Origin: a cyanobacterium endosymbiont of Braarudosphaera bigelowii
Lineage (GTDB): Bacteria; Cyanobacteriota; Cyanobacteriia; Cyanobacteriales; Microcystaceae
Direction of reading: 5' to 3'
Assembly (NCBI RefSeq): GCF_020885515.1
Contig: NZ_AP024987.1
Span: 1,459,612 to 1,491,611 of the forward strand
Length of the DNA stretch: 32,000 nucleotides
This document shows positions 27,193-32,000 of this stretch, piece by piece. Position 1 is the stretch's first letter; every line of letters begins with the position of its first letter. Under the pieces are notes generated by a model that saw only the letters and a program-made list of their open reading frames with translations, had not been told where the DNA came from and searched no databases. The position numbers were made by a program, and so were the translations under genes.

Positions 27193-27843
27193 TTACTTAT
27201 GTAATGGACAGTTAGAGGTTAACTTATTAAGAAAGGAATCGTTATCAAAGTAATGCTCTACAGAAATAATTTTTAAATCATCCGTAACTTGAGCAACACT
27301 CATACCTATAATTTCGACTGTTTTTCCTGTAGGTTGATAATCTTTATAAGTTCCGTTAAACTCACCCCAATGTCTCCATTTAAAAGCAATGTTCGGAGGA
27401 CCAGACAAAACCTCTGTTACTTCCCAGAGAAATCCATTCTTAAAAGCTTTATGAAATAATTCATTTGATGAATTTAAATTATTAGGGTCATATTTTTGAC
27501 TTTTTTTAATAAAAAGATTGTAAGTTCCCTTCTCTGCAACATCTTTTGCAGTATATATAGGGCCTCCGTTGCTACTCATTTGAAATTTATCGGTAACAAT
27601 TGATAGCCATTGGCGAACATCTTCTTTATGAGAAGCTTCCATTTCAAATGTTCTTACTAAATTTTGTGTAATCTCCTCTAATGATCCTGGAGTATGATTG
27701 TGCTGACTTTGGCTTCTTAGAAACTGATTTGTATAAGAATAATCGGGTTTTTCACCACTTCGCCACTTGACTCCTTCATCATAATCTATAACTGCATTAC
27801 GATCTTGGACCCAAAGGGGTAGCTTAGCTTTATTTTCTTTCAT
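27193..27843 (-). CDS. SnoaL/NTF2-like protein resembling plant 'pathogen-related protein'
   Basis: 216 aa: YDEGVKWRSGEKPDYSYTNQFL..., GSLEEITQNLVRTFEMEASHKEDVRQW, FKNGFLWEVTEVLSGPPNIAFKWRHWGEFNGTYKDYQPTGKTVEIIGMSVAQV. Confidence 0.6.
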   Translation of the reverse strand: MKENKAKLPLWVQDRNAVIDYDEGVKWRSGEKPDYSYTNQFLRSQSQHNHTPGSLEEITQNLVRTFEMEASHKEDVRQWLSIVTDKFQMSSNGGPIYTAKDVAEKGTYNLFIKKSQKYDPNNLNSSNELFHKAFKNGFLWEVTEVLSGPPNIAFKWRHWGEFNGTYKDYQPTGKTVEIIGMSVAQVTDDLKIISVEHYFDNDSFLNKLTSNCPLHK

Positions 27844-27945
27844 GGGAAGACTACCTTATTATTGAGATAATTAGAACCATCTAGCTTTATCATAAACTTA
27901 TCTTTACAAAATTCAAAACATAAAAGTTTTTCCATTTTTTTAAAA

Positions 27946-29568
27946 TTAACTAGGTTGAAAACCTGATCCAACAGGGGCAACAGTGTTTAGGTTTAACTCT
28001 GGATGATCTGTTTTGACTTGCTGTAAAGCCCATTCATTCTTAAACAATAAAACTGGTCTATCCCAACTATCTTTAACTGTAATAGTATTAAAAATTCTAT
28101 CTATCTTTTCTAAAACCTTCCATCCATCTTTAACCCAACGAGCTAAAGTATAAGGCATAGCTTCGATAGTCGTATCTACTCCATACTCACTCAAAATCCT
28201 AAACTGTACTACTTCAAATTGCAATTTTCCTACTGCTGCTAATATAGGATCTCGTTTAAAGCTATCAGTAGAATGCATAATTTGAATTGCTCCTTCCTCT
28301 TTTAATTCATGGATTCCTTTCTGAAATTGCTTAAATTTTGAAGGATTTAGATTTTTTAGATAAGAAAAAAACTCTGGCGAGAAACAAGGAATACCTTCAT
28401 ATTCTAATTTCTGTCCACTATAGATTGTGTCTCCAATTGCAAACATTCCTGGATTATTTAAACCGATAACATCTCCTCCGTAGGCTTCTTCAACAGAAGA
28501 TCTATCTTGAGCAAATAATTTTTGAGGACGAGACAAGCGAATAGTTTTGCCAGTCCTCGCATGATTTACGTTCATATCTTTTTGAAACTTTCCTGTACAA
28601 ACTCTTATAAAAGCTACACGGTCACGATGTTTCGGATCCATATTGGCCTGTAATTTAAAGACAAACCCACTAAACTCTGGATAAGTCGGATCAACTATTC
28701 CAATAGATGAGTTACGTCCGTCAGGTTTTAAGGCGTACTTTAAGAAAGCTTCTAAGAATGGTTGTACTCCAAAGTTGGTCATAGCTGATCCAAAGAAAAC
28801 AGGAGTCATATCTCCTGAATGAATCTTTTCTAAGTCAAAACTATCCCCTAATTCTTCAAGAATTTCTAAGCTTTCTCTAAATTCTGAGTAGATTTCTGGC
28901 TCTAAATAATTTTTAAACTCTTCATCTTCTAGTTTAAGACTTGTCACTTCTGCTTGTTGGCTTCCATGAGCAGAACGTTTAAATAAACTTATTACTTTTT
29001 GAGAGCGATCATAAACTCCTTTAAAACTATCACCAATTCCTATTGGCCAATTTACAGCATATGGTTTTAATCCTAATTCCTTCTCAATTTCATCCAATAA
29101 TTCTAAAGGTTCACGTCCAGGACGATCCATTTTATTTATAAAGGTGAAAATAGGAAGTTTTCTCAAGCGACATACTTCAAAGAGTTTTCTTGTTTGAGTT
29201 TCTAATCCTTTTGCAGCATCGATAAGCATTACAGCATTATCAGCAGCAGCAAGAGTTCTATAGGTATCTTCACTAAAGTCTTGGTGTCCAGGAGTATCTA
29301 GTAAATTAATTTGAAAATTTTGATATTGAAACTGCAAAACGGTAGAGGTAATTGAGATACCACGCTGTTTTTCCATTTCCATCCAATCTGAAGTTACTTT
29401 ACGCTGGTCTCGTCTTGCTTTTACAGCGCCTGCCTGATGTATTGCACCTCCATAAAGTAATAATTTCTCAGTAAGAGTAGTCTTACCTGCATCAGGGTGA
29501 GATATGATAGCAAAATTTCGTCTTACTTGAACAGCTTCTCGAATTTCTCGTTGTTTCTCATTAGTCAT
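27946..29568 (-). CDS. prfC: Peptide chain release factor 3
   Basis: [87 protein letters not shown]. Confidence 0.96.
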   Translation of the reverse strand: MTNEKQREIREAVQVRRNFAIISHPDAGKTTLTEKLLLYGGAIHQAGAVKARRDQRKVTSDWMEMEKQRGISITSTVLQFQYQNFQINLLDTPGHQDFSEDTYRTLAAADNAVMLIDAAKGLETQTRKLFEVCRLRKLPIFTFINKMDRPGREPLELLDEIEKELGLKPYAVNWPIGIGDSFKGVYDRSQKVISLFKRSAHGSQQAEVTSLKLEDEEFKNYLEPEIYSEFRESLEILEELGDSFDLEKIHSGDMTPVFFGSAMTNFGVQPFLEAFLKYALKPDGRNSSIGIVDPTYPEFSGFVFKLQANMDPKHRDRVAFIRVCTGKFQKDMNVNHARTGKTIRLSRPQKLFAQDRSSVEEAYGGDVIGLNNPGMFAIGDTIYSGQKLEYEGIPCFSPEFFSYLKNLNPSKFKQFQKGIHELKEEGAIQIMHSTDSFKRDPILAAVGKLQFEVVQFRILSEYGVDTTIEAMPYTLARWVKDGWKVLEKIDRIFNTITVKDSWDRPVLLFKNEWALQQVKTDHPELNLNTVAPVGSGFQPS

Positions 29569-29642
29569 ACAAAGCTTTTTCTATATTAATAATCACTTCT
29601 ATAAGTTATAGCTAATTCTTGATTTATAAAACAGTTTTTACA

Positions 29643-29720
29643 AATATCATAATTTTTTATTCTAATAAGATAAAAGACGCACTTAAAGCAAGAAAATATA
29701 TGTTTTCAGAAAATTTAATA
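29643..29720. repeat. Left arm of a perfect 78-bp inverted repeat
   Basis: AATATCATAATTTTTTATTCTAATAAGATAAAAGACGCACTTAAAGCAAGAAAATATATGTTTTCAGAAAATTTAATA is the exact reverse complement of 30416-30493. Confidence 0.97.
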
Positions 29721-30023
29721 AATAACCTACTAATGAAATGGTCACCAAAACTTTTTTTATAGAGATTTAATACGCAATCTTAACAATAGATAGTTACTAT
29801 ATTTAACTTTTGGAGATATTATGTGCAACTATTTTTGATAGATGATTTGTGATTTATACTTATCTTCTGGCATCTTAAAATTAAACTTGATTAAACAAGC
29901 TAGTTGTCATTACTAATTACAACACTCTGTAGTTTTAAATATATACTTTAAATATTATTATTGTGTTTTCTAAATGTAGCTTTTCATTATTAACTTAGTA
30001 CTCTATTTATTTTAGGATATTTG

Positions 30024-30063
30024 TTTTTAAAATATTGATTTATATAAGTCAATATTTTAAAAA
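30024..30063. repeat. AT-rich hairpin, 15-bp perfect stem extendable to 18 bp with one G-U pair
   Basis: TTTTTAAAATATTGA...TCAATATTTTAAAAA with a 10-nt spacer that can pair further. It lies in the segment between the 78-bp inverted repeats. Confidence 0.85.
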
Positions 30064-30167
30064 ACAATAAGACTCTGTCAGGAAGCATCGTATAGTAAGA
30101 TGTTTATAAATTTAAAGAAAGTATCAATAATAATCTGAGCAAAAATGTTGCTAGTATATATTTATAT

Positions 30168-30479
30168 ATGTATTCTATTTTTTATAAAAGTAAGTATTTT
30201 AAAAGTATGTATCCTGAAGATGGTGAAACTTTGGCTATGTATGTAAAACGATGCCGTATTCTCTTGAAATTAACACAATCTGAAATGGCTAAAAAAGTAA
30301 ATATTAATACTCAAAGCTTAGGTAAAATAGAATCAGGAAAGACACAGAGTCTAAACTCTAAAACTAGAATTGGACTTGCCGAAGTTTTCAATGTTCCTGA
30401 AACTTGCATCGATGCTATTAAATTTTCTGAAAACATATATTTTCTTGCTTTAAGTGCGTCTTTTATCTTATTAGAATAA
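30168..30479 (+). CDS. Small XRE-family helix-turn-helix protein
   Basis: VKRCRILLKLTQSEMAKKVNINTQSLGKIESGKTQSLNSKTRIGLAEVFNVP is an HTH_3/Cro-like core. The real start may be the internal Met (MYPEDGETLAMYVKRCR). Confidence 0.78.
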   Translation: MYSIFYKSKYFKSMYPEDGETLAMYVKRCRILLKLTQSEMAKKVNINTQSLGKIESGKTQSLNSKTRIGLAEVFNVPETCIDAIKFSENIYFLALSASFILLE

Positions 30480-30493
30480 AAAATTATGATATT
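30416..30493. repeat. Right arm of the perfect 78-bp inverted repeat, overlapping the 3' end of the XRE ORF
   Basis: TATTAAATTTTCTGAAAACATATATTTTCTTGCTTTAAGTGCGTCTTTTATCTTATTAGAATAAAAAATTATGATATT is the reverse complement of 29643-29720. Confidence 0.97.
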
Positions 30494-30544
30494 GAAATAT
30501 GAATAAATATGAGAATTTTTTATCCTCATATTTACTCATATTTA

Positions 30545-31780
30545 TCAAGGAGCTAAAGCATGACCTCTTAGCAAACTGCCAATGGTTTTAGCAGTGAGTT
30601 TCATTTGCACTAAAGGATTCATTGGAACAACAGTTTTATATAAGTAACTATCAAAAGTCATTCGTTGAACATTTTTATCGGCACACATTTCTACAAATGC
30701 TTCACGGGATGCATCAGAACGATAAAAAATACGTTGTAAAATATCTAACACTAGATAAGTTGTACCATATTGTTTGTCCCAACGCTGTAAATAAAGTTTT
30801 AGATCATTCTCAGTAGGAATAGTCCTCCCTGAATTACTAGTTTCAATAATTGTTTCAGCACACATACGTGCTGACTTGGCAGCAAAATAAATTCCTTCTC
30901 CAGAAGATTTTGTAACAGTTCCTGCTGCATCACCAACCAAAGCAACACGATTAACGACGCGACGTGGTCGAGGATGCTCAGGAATTGGATGTGCTTCAAC
31001 TTTTATAACTTCGCCACCCTCTAGTCTAGAAAATGCACGACTACGAATACCTGCTTGAAGTTTTTTAATCATCGCTTGGTTATTCTTCATAGTTCCTGTT
31101 CCCACGGCTACATGGTCATACTTTGGAAATATCCAAGCATAAAAATCAGGGGAAACATCTTTTCCTACGTACATTTCTGCTAAGTCTTCATAACGATTCA
31201 TTTTATCTTTTGGCAGACGGATACGTTCTTGAAAGGCAATAGCGTAGTTATAATCTCCCGCATCAATAAATTTAGCAATACGAGAATTTGCTCCATCCGC
31301 TCCTATTACTAAATCAACTTGAAGAGTTTTCTTTTCTCCTAAGGCTTGACCATTTGAATGATCAGCATAATGAATAGTATAAGGATCTTTAGTGTTTTTA
31401 GGAGTATCTAATTGATACACTGTACCGTTAATTAAAGTAGTTCCTAATTTAACAGCTCTATCGCGCATAAAACCGTCAAGAATTTCTCTACGACACATCC
31501 CGATGTATTCGTCTTTATTATCTAAATTTAGATCAACTTCGATATTTGATGGAGATATCATTTTCATCTTTCGCACCTTTCTATCAATGATTTCAGGTGG
31601 AAGCTCAAATTCATCAACCATACATAGAGGAATAGCTCCTCCACAAGGCTTAACATAGTTTAGATTACGTTCAAACAAATAAGTTTCGATGCCAGCTTTT
31701 ACCAATGTCTCGGCAGCAGAAGATCCGGCTGGACCTGAACCAACGACAGCAACACGTAAAACCAAGATTATTCTCCTCAC
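30545..31780 (-). CDS. chlP: Geranylgeranyl diphosphate/chlorophyllide reductase
   Basis: RVAVVGSGPAGSSAAETLVKAGIETYLFERNLNYVKPCGGAIPLCMVDEFELPPEIIDRKVRKMKMISPSN, KEYIGMCRREILDGFMRDRA, GDAAGTVTKSSGEGIYFAAKSARMCAE. Confidence 0.96.
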   Translation of the reverse strand: MRRIILVLRVAVVGSGPAGSSAAETLVKAGIETYLFERNLNYVKPCGGAIPLCMVDEFELPPEIIDRKVRKMKMISPSNIEVDLNLDNKDEYIGMCRREILDGFMRDRAVKLGTTLINGTVYQLDTPKNTKDPYTIHYADHSNGQALGEKKTLQVDLVIGADGANSRIAKFIDAGDYNYAIAFQERIRLPKDKMNRYEDLAEMYVGKDVSPDFYAWIFPKYDHVAVGTGTMKNNQAMIKKLQAGIRSRAFSRLEGGEVIKVEAHPIPEHPRPRRVVNRVALVGDAAGTVTKSSGEGIYFAAKSARMCAETIIETSNSGRTIPTENDLKLYLQRWDKQYGTTYLVLDILQRIFYRSDASREAFVEMCADKNVQRMTFDSYLYKTVVPMNPLVQMKLTAKTIGSLLRGHALAP

Positions 31781-32000
31781 TCTGAAATAGGATTACGGGT
31801 TGAATCGTATCATAAAAAGAATAAGAATAGAGAATGGACAATAAACTTTACAGTGTTAACACATATTACTTTTGGTCAAGTGTATAGTTATTAGTCTTGT
31901 TTCACGATAGTCGAGCAAGCGTAGTGAAAGTTTTCTTAATAAAAGTTATCTTAATATAAGAAAAATTATTGCGCTGAATCATACCTAGTAAAAAAATAAT

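Noticed and set aside
29643-30493. Insertion sequence or MITE-like transposon interpretation of the 78-bp repeats
   Set aside because: I see no transposase, no target-site duplication at the outer flanks (left ...TTTTTACA, right GAAATATG...) and no extra copies in the window. It is not excluded genome-wide.
30311-30529. 72-aa minus-strand ORF overlapping the XRE gene and right inverted-repeat arm
   Set aside because: The antisense XRE frame has a clear HTH motif; this one has no domain.
30622-30999. Plus-strand 64-aa and minus-strand 66-aa ORFs within chlP
   Set aside because: Both are out-of-frame shadows of the strongly supported chlP gene.
31889-31932. Imperfect TTTCAC...GTGAAA inverted repeat upstream of chlP
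   Set aside because: Only the short end arms pair well and the interior mismatches, so it is too weak to call a regulatory element.
1-32000. CRISPR array, prophage, toxin-antitoxin, defence island or nif cluster
   Set aside because: I saw no regularly spaced repeats, phage structural genes, paired toxin/antitoxin ORFs, defence effectors or nif structural genes. The lone XRE gene has no convincing partner.

Overview
The window is AT-rich and reads as the genome of a diazotroph-lineage unicellular cyanobacterium. The high share of non-coding DNA, the presence of chlP/hemA/hemJ/ndhD and a Mo-nitrogenase C-terminal-domain protein fit a reduced endosymbiont such as UCYN-A. That assignment is inference, not proof. 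Most ORFs are core cyanobacterial housekeeping genes: ndhD (partial), crr6-like, folK, an RND transporter, tRNA-Cys, cysH, rpaB, radA, lptA/lptB/lptF-like, a GatD-like amidotransferase, hemA, hemJ, plsC-like, an S8-like protease, trmB, an L,D-transpeptidase, a polysaccharide ABC exporter, an ArsA-like protein, prfC, a small XRE regulator and chlP. I found no CRISPR array, prophage, toxin-antitoxin pair or clear defence system. The strongest observations are: (1) a perfect 78-bp inverted repeat (29643-29720 / 30416-30493) flanking about 0.7 kb and covering the 3' end of a small XRE gene, so that inversion would keep the gene intact; (2) an RND transporter that appears to lack the docking-domain segment in both halves; (3) a minus-strand pseudogene at about 15.15-15.80 kb that still carries recognisable peptide blocks and a 15-bp tandem duplication; (4) several long perfect intergenic hairpins, mostly without T-tracts; (5) catalytic or nucleotide-binding motif substitutions in the S8-like, ArsA-like and PlsC-like proteins.
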